A DNA stretch of 30,540 nucleotides from a virus (Duplodnaviria; Caudoviricetes): the IMG/VR virus record IMGVR_UViG_3300028588_000068, positions 1 to 30,540 of that record; one strand, given 5' to 3'. Positions 7,426 to 15,553 of this stretch are shown here, one piece after another. Positions within the stretch are counted from its first letter, which is position 1, and the number at the start of each line of letters is the position of its first letter. A program made the position numbers and the translations under genes. Below the pieces are notes generated by a model that saw only the letters and a list, made by a program, of their open reading frames with translations, was not told the origin of the DNA and did not search any database.

Positions 7426-8361
7426 ATGGATGACGACGCGATACTCAGCTTCTGGGCGGCATACCAAGCCGCCGAGAGCTGCACCCCTGGCACGATAAAG
7501 GAACGCATGATCGTCGTGCGAGCCCTGCTGCGCCGCTCAGAGAAGACGCTGCTTACAGTCACGCGACACGACCTCATAGCGGACCTCGCACGCGATTTAA
7601 GCCCTAAGACAAGGCAGAACTACAAGAGCCTGTTCCACACACTGTTCGCCTGGATGCAGGACGAGAGCTTCCGCCAAGACAATCCGGCCGCCCGGCTCCC
7701 CCGCACTCGGGTGCCGAAGTCCGAACCGAACCCCGTGACGACCGAAGACATCGAGTTCTTGCTCAACAGCGGCATCTATGCCAAGACACGGATGTACGTC
7801 CTCCTCTACGCCTACCAGGGATTCAGGGCCGTGGAGATCGCAGCAGTCTCCGGAGAGACGATCGACTGGGACCGGCGCCGCATCCTCTCGAAGGACGGCA
7901 AAGGCGGCAAGGAAGTGTGGCGCCCGATCCACGACATTGTTTGGTCCGAGCTGCAGCGCTACCCCCGCGAAGGTCCGCTGTTCCCCTCCCCCGCCGGCGG
8001 GCACATCAGCCGGAAGACGGTCTCCAATGTCCTGTCGAAGGCGTTCACGCGCGCAGGCATTGATCACCGACCTCACCAACTGCGCGCCTGGCACGCAACT
8101 GAGCTGATCGAAGCCGGAGTCTCCACCCTCGTCGCGCAGCACTCGATGCGGCACTCTGACCTGCAGTCCCTGAACAGGTACGTGACCGTGTCGGAGAAGC
8201 GGCTGCGCGAGGCAATGGACATGCTGCCAGGGGTGCTCGTTCCCCTCCGCTCCGGTAGAGTCTCGGGGTCCGCCCCCGTAGCTCAGTGGATAGAGCAGCA
8301 GCCTTCTAATCTGTCGGTCGCGAGTTCGAGTCTCGCCGGGGGCACCTCCGCTGCAGCTTGA
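7426..8361 (+). CDS. int: Tyrosine integrase (small, no evident N-terminal arm-binding domain)
   Basis: Catalytic residues: R (GFRAVE), K (GKGGK), HxxR (HQLR), H (MRHSD), Y (RYV). ATG 7426 has a GAGGA RBS (alternative start 7342). Ends GGTSAAA. Confidence 0.92.
   Translation: MDDDAILSFWAAYQAAESCTPGTIKERMIVVRALLRRSEKTLLTVTRHDLIADLARDLSPKTRQNYKSLFHTLFAWMQDESFRQDNPAARLPRTRVPKSEPNPVTTEDIEFLLNSGIYAKTRMYVLLYAYQGFRAVEIAAVSGETIDWDRRRILSKDGKGGKEVWRPIHDIVWSELQRYPREGPLFPSPAGGHISRKTVSNVLSKAFTRAGIDHRPHQLRAWHATELIEAGVSTLVAQHSMRHSDLQSLNRYVTVSEKRLREAMDMLPGVLVPLRSGRVSGSAPVAQWIEQQPSNLSVASSSLAGGTSAAA
8272..8344 (+). tRNA. tRNA-Arg(TCT), complete, nested in the integrase ORF
   Basis: Cloverleaf: acceptor GCCCCCG/CGGGGGC, D-arm GCTC-AGTGGATA-GAGC, anticodon loop CT-TCT-AA (anticodon 8305-8307), T-arm GCGAG-TTCGAGT-CTCGC, discriminator A. 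CCA is not encoded. Confidence 0.95.
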
Positions 8362-8367
8362 GCAACT

Positions 8368-8386
8368 GCCCCAGCTGGGGGCTTCT
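8368..8386 (+). terminator. Possible terminator after int/tRNA
   Basis: Short GCCCC/GGGGC stem followed by TTCT. Confidence 0.35.
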
Positions 8387-8417
8387 CCTGCCTGCGGGCG
8401 GCTCCTAGGCTGGCAGC

Positions 8418-8696
8418 ATGTCGGATCGCCCTCAGAACCCATCCCTCGCCCGCGTCTTCGACAAGGCCATCCGCTCCGGCCACGAGATCCGCCACGCCGA
8501 TGAGACGCAGGTCGTCACCTTCCACAAGCCCCGCATGGGCTGCCTCGGGTTCTTCTTCGTGCTCACCCTCGTCATCATCAGCCTCGGGCTGGTGCTCGTG
8601 CTCGGCATCCTCAGCCTCGGCCGCAACTCGGGCGTCATCACCACCTACACGCTGAAGCCGAACGGCAAGATCAAGCGCCGCGAGAAGCGCGTCTGA
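8418..8696 (+). CDS. Accessory membrane protein
   Basis: 92 aa with a long hydrophobic segment (GCLGFFFVLTLVIISLGLVLVLGILSL). Candidate -10 TAGGCT 6 nt before the ATG. Confidence 0.8.
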   Translation: MSDRPQNPSLARVFDKAIRSGHEIRHADETQVVTFHKPRMGCLGFFFVLTLVIISLGLVLVLGILSLGRNSGVITTYTLKPNGKIKRREKRV

Positions 8697-8705
8697 GACG
8701 ACAGA

Positions 8706-8741
8706 AAGCCCACGGATGACCGCCTGGTCATCCGGGGGCTT
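8706..8741. terminator. Intrinsic terminator-like hairpin
   Basis: AAGCCC-A-CGGATGACC-GCCT-GGTCATCCG-G-GGGCTT, directly after the stop at 8696. Confidence 0.75.
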
Positions 8742-8833
8742 CGTCATGCCGCGGCGCGGCGCCAGCCCCTCGTTGGGGAGGTCGCGGGCTGAGCGGCGCT
8801 CATCTACGATCATCACGACCCAGGGGGACGACC

Positions 8834-9394
8834 ATGAAGACCACACACACGCTCGCCGCGGCCGCCGCCGTGCTGCTGCTCAGCCTCACGGGCTGCTCGA
8901 GCGCCGCAGACACGACGGCAGAAGCGGACAGCACCGTGGTCGACGTCGCCTCGCCGACACCCACGCCCACACCGACACCCGTGCCGATGACGATGGAAGA
9001 AGCAGGGGCGTACTACCTCGAGACAAGCTGCGTCAGCAACGTCGTCAACGACGAGCTGGATGCTGTGCTCACCAACCCCGATGCGACCCTCGAGCAGATT
9101 CAGGCCGTCGGGAAGAAGGGTGTGGAGCTCACCCGCGAGGGCGCCGAGCGCATGGCAGCCGACACCGTCCTGTGGCCCGAAGAAGTACGAGCCGATGCCG
9201 AACTGGTCTTCGACGGATACCTGGTGAACGCGAGCGGCTACAGCTCGATCGCCAACGCCCAGTCAGTCGAGGAAGCGGTCACCTACGTGTGGCCCTCCTG
9301 GTCCGAGGAAGCGCTGACCGCACCGCAGCGAATCCGCTTCGCCCTTGATCTGCCGTCCGACACCTCCGAGGGCTGCGACGCCTTCACCAAGTAG
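8834..9394 (+). CDS. Lipoprotein (possible superinfection exclusion)
   Basis: Signal peptide with lipobox LTGC, Pro-Thr linker PTPTPTPTP, acidic helical domain, C-terminal Cys. Function is inferred from position. Confidence 0.85.
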   Translation: MKTTHTLAAAAAVLLLSLTGCSSAADTTAEADSTVVDVASPTPTPTPTPVPMTMEEAGAYYLETSCVSNVVNDELDAVLTNPDATLEQIQAVGKKGVELTREGAERMAADTVLWPEEVRADAELVFDGYLVNASGYSSIANAQSVEEAVTYVWPSWSEEALTAPQRIRFALDLPSDTSEGCDAFTK

Positions 9395-9426
9395 CACTGT
9401 CGGAGGCCGCGGGTAGCCTGCCCGCC

Positions 9427-9711
9427 ATGGCCGTCCAACCCGACAAGAGATCCCGCGAGGCGCAGCGGATCGAGGCAGGAACAAATCTCGTCGAGCGGTT
9501 CAGGGTCGGCGAGTACACGCTGCGGGCCCTCGCCCTGTCAGCGAACCCTCGCCACTTCACCATCGCGCGTGATCGGCCTGGCCTCGAGCGCGGCCTCTCC
9601 GTCTACTACGATCTGCACGACGGCTGGACCGTCTGGGACGAGGGCGAACGGTTCGTGACCCGCGAGGGCCCGCTCCCGTGCCTCGAGTGGTTCGTAGCGA
9701 GACAGCCCTGA
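9427..9711 (+). CDS. Hypothetical accessory protein
   Basis: 94 aa; candidate -10 TAGCCT 7 nt before the ATG; followed by a terminator. Confidence 0.7.
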   Translation: MAVQPDKRSREAQRIEAGTNLVERFRVGEYTLRALALSANPRHFTIARDRPGLERGLSVYYDLHDGWTVWDEGERFVTREGPLPCLEWFVARQP

Positions 9712-9722
9712 AACGACGAAAG

Positions 9723-9760
9723 GACCCCCGCACCACTCCACGAGGGAGGGTGCGGGGGTC
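9723..9760. terminator. Bidirectional terminator between convergent operons
   Basis: GACCCCCGCACC ... GGTGCGGGGGTC 12-bp stem, flanked by ACGAAA and TTCGT. Confidence 0.8.
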
Positions 9761-9775
9761 TTCGTGTGTCGTGCG

Positions 9776-10078
9776 TCAGTGGCGCTCGAGCTCGTTGCGC
9801 GGGACGGAACCGAGGCCGACGTGGGTCAGCCAGCGGTTGACGGCAGGGATGGCCATCACGCGGGTGATCGCGCCGGCGACCGCCGTGACGATCGCCGCGG
9901 CGCCGATGAGCCAGCCGTAGAGAGCCGACGTCACGGGCAGGCCGAGGGCGTCGATGATGAGCGGCAGCACGAGCGCGAACGACAAAAACGCGGGGATGCC
10001 GACCGCGACGAGGGTGCGCAGGACGCGCTGAGTCTTGAACCAGATCTCCTGGACGTTGCTGGTGTCGATGTGGGACAT
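9776..10078 (-). CDS. Holin
   Basis: 100 aa, two TM segments, RVLRT..TRVMAIPAVN.WL pattern typical of actinophage holins; end of the lysis cassette. Confidence 0.75.
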   Translation of the reverse strand: MSHIDTSNVQEIWFKTQRVLRTLVAVGIPAFLSFALVLPLIIDALGLPVTSALYGWLIGAAAIVTAVAGAITRVMAIPAVNRWLTHVGLGSVPRNELERH

Positions 10079-10086
10079 GGTGCCTC

Positions 10087-10728
10087 CTAGGCGTTGGACT
10101 GCTCGGGCTCCTCGTCGGGAACGAGGTGCATGGATGCGCGGGCCCGGGCGATCGCCACGGACTCGGGGGGCAGCGTCAGCTCGAGCACCTGCTGCTGCGC
10201 GTCGCTGAGCTTTCGTTCGAGGTCCTGTCGCACGCGCAACAGGTCGTGCTCGCGCTGCTCGGCCGCGCGAAGACGACCGAGGGTGACCTCGTGGTCACGG
10301 CTGCCGCGCTCGAGGCTGTCGCGGTAGTCGCTGATGATCTGACGCTGATCTCGGATCTGCTCGTCACGAGACGACAGCGCCTCACGGAGGGCCTGCACCG
10401 TCTCGGTGTTCGCGGCCTTCATGATCTCGATGGCTGCGGATGCCTGGGTGCGTGATTCAGCAGCTGCCTGGAAGGCGAGAGTCGCGGCTTCCTTGAGCTC
10501 GCTGTTCTCGACCTCGGTGTCGCCGCGCACGTCGGCCGAGGTGCGCACTGTCTTGGATCGCAGCGTGAAGTAGGCGGTGACGAAGACGCCGACGAGCGAG
10601 AGCACGGCGACGCCGAGCGCGGTGCGATCGAGTGGCGCGGCGGCTACGGTCGCGGCGCCGGCGACGACGGACTCAGGCAGGTGCGGGATGCGCTGCCACG
10701 GGAGGGTGTTGAGCCACACGTCAGGCAC
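10087..10728 (-). CDS. Lysis-cassette membrane protein with coiled coil
   Basis: One TM segment (ALGVAVLSLVGVFVTAYF) followed by a long charged helical region. Start is uncertain (GTG 10728 overlaps the upstream stop). Confidence 0.65.
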   Translation of the reverse strand: MPDVWLNTLPWQRIPHLPESVVAGAATVAAAPLDRTALGVAVLSLVGVFVTAYFTLRSKTVRTSADVRGDTEVENSELKEAATLAFQAAAESRTQASAAIEIMKAANTETVQALREALSSRDEQIRDQRQIISDYRDSLERGSRDHEVTLGRLRAAEQREHDLLRVRQDLERKLSDAQQQVLELTLPPESVAIARARASMHLVPDEEPEQSNA

Positions 10729-11188
10729 CTGCTTTCCGGCGGCCCCGCGCCTGCGCCTTCTCGACCGCTGGACGTGAGGCCCGCACCCGAGCGATGAACT
10801 TCGGCACGAGAAACACGAACCGCTCCACGTACGGTGAGGCCGCGATGACGGCCAGAACGACGAGTGCAAGCCGGTCCGTCGTTCCTGTGCTGATGGACAC
10901 GATCGTCTGCGTCAGCACGTAGTAGGCGAAGCCGAGCACCATGCCGAGCAGCGGCGGGAACTCGATCGTGAGATGCCGGTTCTTGACCACCCCGACCAGC
11001 CCGGCGAGCCCGGCGACTGCGACGATGCCCCAGACGATCAGGACAGGGGCTGGCGACAGGAACGGTGTCAGCGACGCAGGCGTGAAGCGGACGAACAGGA
11101 TGGCCCAGACGACGGCGAGGGCGTACCGGTAGCTGAGCCACCGGCCGCCCTCGTCCAGGTGATGCCAGGCCGTGCGGAGATCGTGCAT
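10721..11188 (-). CDS. Four-TM membrane protein (holin-like)
   Basis: Start at ATG 11188 with GGAGG RBS; four hydrophobic segments and a basic C-terminus; directly after the endolysin. Confidence 0.75.
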   Translation of the reverse strand: MHDLRTAWHHLDEGGRWLSYRYALAVVWAILFVRFTPASLTPFLSPAPVLIVWGIVAVAGLAGLVGVVKNRHLTIEFPPLLGMVLGFAYYVLTQTIVSISTGTTDRLALVVLAVIAASPYVERFVFLVPKFIARVRASRPAVEKAQARGRRKAGA

Positions 11189-11214
11189 GGTCCCTCCCGG
11201 GGGTGTGGAGAGGG

Positions 11215-12012
11215 TCAGGACTTGATCTTGAAGTGACTCAAGAGCGCACGCATCCACGCCTCGACGCGGCCCTGCGACTGCTTGATCGTGTCGACGTCGT
11301 CCGGGGTCGTCGCCCAGAGCTGCTGCCGGAACTCGTCGACCGTGACGTCGACCTCCGTGATCTTGATGTCGCCCTTCTCGTGGAGGCGGTAGAGCGGCGC
11401 CATGACGCGGTTGCGCTCGTCGAGGTTCTTGAACCCCTGGTTGTAGCCGCTGCCGACGATGCCTCGGCCACCGTTCGCGGCCTTCAGGAACAGGATGTGG
11501 ATCATGTCGTCCTCCTCGGACGGTGCGATGGGTGTCGGTGTGGTGCCGGCGGGCGAGATGCCCGGGGTGCCTTGCTGGTGCCAGGGCTCGCCGAAGTTCC
11601 GGCCGGTGTTGTCGAAGCCGTGCTTCTTGGCGACGCGGACCCAGATCAGGTGATTGGGCGAGAAGAACGACGTGTCGATGCCTGCCCAGAGGTCGAGCGC
11701 CTCGCCCTTCCGGTGCTTCGCGGCGTCGCTGCCGGGGACCGCGGCGACGGCATTGCCGTAGCGCTTGACCCAGTAGCTGCCGTCGTAGCGGATGCTCGTC
11801 GGGTAGCTGACGCGGTAGTAGCGATCGAGGAAGTACTCGCGCTGCTTCTCGTCGGAGCGGTACGCCTCGGCCACGTAGACCGGGACGCCGGCCTCGGCGT
11901 GGAACTCGGCGGCCGCGGCGAGGAACGGGGCCAGGAGGCTCCGCGCGATCCACTGCTCGCCGTTGGTGATGACGTCGCCGTTGTTGGGGATGAGAACGAG
12001 ATCGGGTGACAT
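11215..12012 (-). CDS. Endolysin, peptidase M15 family
   Basis: EAYRS..Q, A.PG...H..G.A.D and EPWH zinc-peptidase motifs; Pro/Thr linker; C-terminal putative binding domain. Confidence 0.9.
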   Translation of the reverse strand: MSPDLVLIPNNGDVITNGEQWIARSLLAPFLAAAAEFHAEAGVPVYVAEAYRSDEKQREYFLDRYYRVSYPTSIRYDGSYWVKRYGNAVAAVPGSDAAKHRKGEALDLWAGIDTSFFSPNHLIWVRVAKKHGFDNTGRNFGEPWHQQGTPGISPAGTTPTPIAPSEEDDMIHILFLKAANGGRGIVGSGYNQGFKNLDERNRVMAPLYRLHEKGDIKITEVDVTVDEFRQQLWATTPDDVDTIKQSQGRVEAWMRALLSHFKIKS

Positions 12013-12032
12013 GCGGCCTCCTGGGGCACGAC

Positions 12033-12058
12033 GACGGCCCCGCCGGAGCGGGGCCGTC
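12033..12058 (-). terminator. Hairpin between tail and lysis genes
   Basis: 11-bp stem GACGGCCCCGC/GCGGGGCCGTC with 4-nt loop; weak U-tract. Confidence 0.6.
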
Positions 12059-12069
12059 TAGGTGGTGGG

Positions 12070-12993
12070 TCAGTACGCGCCGGGCTGCGTGTAGGTGTCG
12101 TTCAGGTAGCGGCCCCCCGCCGTGAGGACCTCCTTCACGAAGAGGTCCGAGTCGAGCTTGTCGACCTGCGCGTACGTGCGGCCCGACACCGTCAGGTCTT
12201 CCATGTAGTAGCGGTAGAAGATCCCCGACGCCTGCTGCGCGGCCGCCGAGCTGCCCGGGAACGGGGCGTTCGCGGCGCCGTGCGCGCCGACGGCGAAGAG
12301 CTTGCTCGCGCGCGTGGTGCCGATCGTGCCCGTGTAGTTCGCCATGGCGCCGTTGGCGATGAAGCGCTGCGGCGTCAGGTTCGGGTTCCCCGACGGGCGC
12401 CAAGTCTTGGGCGGGTCGCGCCGCTCGCCCATCTTCGGGGGTGCCGCGGTCGGGAAGAGGTTGCCGTCGTTGCCGATCGCGTAGAGCAGCTCGGTCGCCG
12501 ACGGTGACGCGTTGAAGGACACCGCCGACCACACCGATGCCGCCTCACCGAGACGCGACAGGAACCCCCACAGCGAGAAGTAGATGTCGTGCGTCGGGTT
12601 GCTCGCGAGGTAGTTCAGGATCGCCAGCGGGTGACGGATGCGGAAGCCGTCGCCCTCCGTCGGTGCCGTCTTCTGCGGCATGATCACGTGCATGCCGCCC
12701 CGGCCGGTCCGCTCGAGCAGACCCCGGGATGAGCCGGCAGCGGAGACGCCCTGGTAGTCGAGCAGCGGCTGGACCGCGGCGGGCGACACGTTCAGCAGGC
12801 GGCTCGCCGTCGCACCGGCCAGGTTCGGGACTGCCGACCCCGACTGCGGGACACCCGGGTTCCACGCCTTGTAGGGCGAGGCGGGCTCGACGAGCAGCAG
12901 CGCGCCGAGGGCCGGGGCCATGGGGTCCGCCCGGTCGACGAGCGGGCGACTGTCCGGTGGGGCGACACCGTCGAGTCGAATGAATCCAGCCAT
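12070..12993 (-). CDS. Tail-associated protein (putative receptor-binding partner)
   Basis: Start at ATG 12993 (MAGFIRLDG), coupled to the SGNH gene; last gene of the tail module. Confidence 0.7.
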   Translation of the reverse strand: MAGFIRLDGVAPPDSRPLVDRADPMAPALGALLLVEPASPYKAWNPGVPQSGSAVPNLAGATASRLLNVSPAAVQPLLDYQGVSAAGSSRGLLERTGRGGMHVIMPQKTAPTEGDGFRIRHPLAILNYLASNPTHDIYFSLWGFLSRLGEAASVWSAVSFNASPSATELLYAIGNDGNLFPTAAPPKMGERRDPPKTWRPSGNPNLTPQRFIANGAMANYTGTIGTTRASKLFAVGAHGAANAPFPGSSAAAQQASGIFYRYYMEDLTVSGRTYAQVDKLDSDLFVKEVLTAGGRYLNDTYTQPGAY

Positions 12994-14315
12994 CAGCGCA
13001 TCCAGCCTTTCGTGACGAGCCACAGCTTCAGCCGGGCCGCGACGCGCGCCGCGGTGGCCGGGGTGTAGTGGATCGAATCGGTCATGATCGAGGGCGGCAG
13101 CGTGTCGTTCGCGATCGCCGTCAGGTCGGCCGCGGTCGGTGTGATGCCCTGGTCGTAGATGCACTCGCGGACGAGGTAGCCGCGCAGGTCGAAGTAGTTC
13201 TGCGGGAACAGGCGCGCCAGCGTGTTGTTGATCGCCAGGACCTCGGCGTACTTCGCGCTTCCGCGAGGCTCGTCGGTGGCCGTCGTCGTGCCGACCGTGA
13301 CGAACCGGCGCCGGTCGGGGCCGGCGCGGCGGGCCATGGCGATGTGCGCCAGGACGACCCGGTCGACCGTCGGACCGGCGACCGACGTGTACCCGATGTC
13401 GTTGCGGCCAGCGAAGAGGACCTGGATGGCGCCCTTCTGCTGCTCGCCCGGCGTCGAGACGAACGGGGTGTTCGCCGGCACCGGCATCGCGCTGCCCGCA
13501 GTCGTCCTAGTGAAGACGAGCTGCAGGCTTCCGGCCGCGCGCGACAGGGTGCCCGGGATGCCCGCGAGGGTGCCTTCGCACGCCCACGCGCGGGACACGT
13601 ACCAGCCGAAGACCTGCCCGGCCTCGACCTGCACCGCACCGGACGGTGGGATCGAGCCGCCGGCGACCGTCAGCAGTGCGACGTAGCCGCCTTGCCGCAG
13701 CGCGATCTCGTCGGCCGTCTGTCCCTCGACGCCGCCGTTGTAGACGGCTCCGCCCCAGCCGGCCTGGAAGACACCAGGCCAGCTGTCGGACTTGTCGGCC
13801 GTGAAGGGCGGCTGCGGCCACCCGCCCGTGAGCGAGTCACCCCACCCCGCCAGGGCGCTGTTCGACGACGACAGCGGCACCACACCGGTCGATGAGTTGA
13901 CGAAGAGGTTGCGGCCGTTGATCGACAGAGCGTCGATCTGAGCGTCGCTGAGGCCCAGCAGGCGGGGCGACCAGCGCGCGAGCACCGTGTCGGGCACGTT
14001 GCCGTCCTTGTCGACGACGAGGTCCGTCTCGCGGCCGTTGTCGCCGACGAGACCAGCGACCGCCGTCGACGGGTCAACCCCGGTCCCCTTGCTGTCACCA
14101 GTGACGACACCCGTCTGCGCCAGGACACCCTCGACCGCACCCGTGGCGGCATTCGCTGCGGCAGTGACCACGGTCGGGTTACCTGCCACGACCTCGACCG
14201 CGACTTCGCCAAAGACCTTGTCGAGGACAGCGCGCGTCTCGGAGTTGTAGCGGAGAAGCGCCGCAGTCGAGACGTCGGCCGCAGCCTGCAGCTGCGTTTT
14301 CGGCACCCAAACCAT
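12993..14315 (-). CDS. Tail protein with SGNH/GDSL hydrolase domain
   Basis: Blocks GWGDSLT (I), GGVEGQT (II), AGRND (III), DSIHY (V). Start at ATG 14315 by TGATG coupling. Confidence 0.85.
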   Translation of the reverse strand: MVWVPKTQLQAAADVSTAALLRYNSETRAVLDKVFGEVAVEVVAGNPTVVTAAANAATGAVEGVLAQTGVVTGDSKGTGVDPSTAVAGLVGDNGRETDLVVDKDGNVPDTVLARWSPRLLGLSDAQIDALSINGRNLFVNSSTGVVPLSSSNSALAGWGDSLTGGWPQPPFTADKSDSWPGVFQAGWGGAVYNGGVEGQTADEIALRQGGYVALLTVAGGSIPPSGAVQVEAGQVFGWYVSRAWACEGTLAGIPGTLSRAAGSLQLVFTRTTAGSAMPVPANTPFVSTPGEQQKGAIQVLFAGRNDIGYTSVAGPTVDRVVLAHIAMARRAGPDRRRFVTVGTTTATDEPRGSAKYAEVLAINNTLARLFPQNYFDLRGYLVRECIYDQGITPTAADLTAIANDTLPPSIMTDSIHYTPATAARVAARLKLWLVTKGWMR

Positions 14316-14755
14316 CAGACGCTCCATTCGTAGAGAACAGGCGGATTCGACGACGTGTCGATCCACCAGAGGTAGCGGGCGAGAGTGCCCGTCGGCGGGT
14401 TCGGCCCGACCCACGTCATGCGGTCCGTGGGCTCCGCCTCGGCCAGCTCTGCGAGGTTGCCTCCCTCCTCGGGCACCCGGATCTTCCACTCTGGGAAGTC
14501 GGTCGTGGTGTACCCGCCCTGAGGGTCAAGCCAGCGGATCGCGAGCGTGTACCAGGTATCAGGCCGCAGCAGCGTGGTCGCTGCGAGCTCGACCGTGAAC
14601 GCGCCGAGGTTCGTTGGCGACACCACGACCGGCTTCGTGACGAACACCCGTGGGCGGAATACGGCGGCGCCCGATGCGGTGAAGACGAGCTCGGGCCGGA
14701 AGCCGGCGAGGGGTTGGAGGTTGAAATCTTGCAGGGTGCCGGTAACGGTCGGCAT
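14315..14755 (-). CDS. Minor tail protein
   Basis: 146 aa, AAGGAGG RBS, position in the tail module. Confidence 0.7.
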   Translation of the reverse strand: MPTVTGTLQDFNLQPLAGFRPELVFTASGAAVFRPRVFVTKPVVVSPTNLGAFTVELAATTLLRPDTWYTLAIRWLDPQGGYTTTDFPEWKIRVPEEGGNLAELAEAEPTDRMTWVGPNPPTGTLARYLWWIDTSSNPPVLYEWSV

Positions 14756-14824
14756 GGGGCCTCCTTGGCAGCGCGGACGTGTCGCCCGCGGAAAGGTGAG
14801 AGTGGAACGACGCGCAGCAGGCGC

Positions 14825-15553
14825 CTAGGTGTCGACGGGGCCCTCGCCGTCGCCCGGCGTCGTGGTCGACCGCGGCACTCGGTAGAGGCGTCCGTCGGCC
14901 GTCGCGACCACCGAGTAGAGAGCAGCTCCTGCGGGTGGGGCGCTGAGTCCGGCAATCCAGTTGCCGTCGCTGCCTGCACGGAAGCCATCGCCGTTGTAGG
15001 ACAGTTGCGCGCCGTTGTTCTCAGCCCCGACGAGAGCGCCGCCGGCACGGAGCGCTGCACGGGTGCCGTCGGAGTAGAGGACGGCGTTGCCAAAGTTGAT
15101 ACCGGCCTGCCCGTTGTTGAGCAGGCCGATGGTCATGTCCGTCGGGCCCTTGACCGTGACCTTGCCGCCGTCGCTGACGTTCATGTCGCCGAGGAGGTTG
15201 AAGTCGCCCTCGTGGTCGGTCTTGCCGGTGATGACCTGATCGCCTTCGCGCGTGCTGTCCCCGATGTACTGCTGCGGGCCCTCGACGCGCATCGGGCCTG
15301 TGACCGTGAAAGGGCCGGAAACGGTACCGACCCCGTCCAGGGCGAAGTCTCCGTCGATGACGATGCGGCCGTCGACGTAGAGCACTCCGATGACTCGGCC
15401 GGTGCCGTCCAGGATGAACGCGTCTTGACCGACGAACCGGGTCCGCCCGTCTGTGACCGAGGCGTTCGCGAGGGGGTTCCCGGTCTCGAGCGCCTCGATC
15501 CGGCGGAGCAGCTCGGCGTACGGGTCGTCCCCTGTGTTGTCGATGCGGCCCAT
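14825..15553 (-). CDS. Minor tail protein
   Basis: Start at ATG 15553 (MGRIDN). N-terminal LLRRIEALET coiled coil, then Gly-rich beta repeats. Confidence 0.75.
   Translation of the reverse strand: MGRIDNTGDDPYAELLRRIEALETGNPLANASVTDGRTRFVGQDAFILDGTGRVIGVLYVDGRIVIDGDFALDGVGTVSGPFTVTGPMRVEGPQQYIGDSTREGDQVITGKTDHEGDFNLLGDMNVSDGGKVTVKGPTDMTIGLLNNGQAGINFGNAVLYSDGTRAALRAGGALVGAENNGAQLSYNGDGFRAGSDGNWIAGLSAPPAGAALYSVVATADGRLYRVPRSTTTPGDGEGPVDT

Noticed and set aside
8345-8347. tRNA ends in CCT rather than CCA, and has a C-T mismatch at the base of the anticodon stem
   Set aside because: Not evidence of a pseudogene. Actinobacterial tRNA genes often lack an encoded CCA, and all other arms pair well.
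8950-8985. ACACCC/ACGCCC short repeats
   Set aside because: They simply encode the Pro-Thr linker of the lipoprotein.
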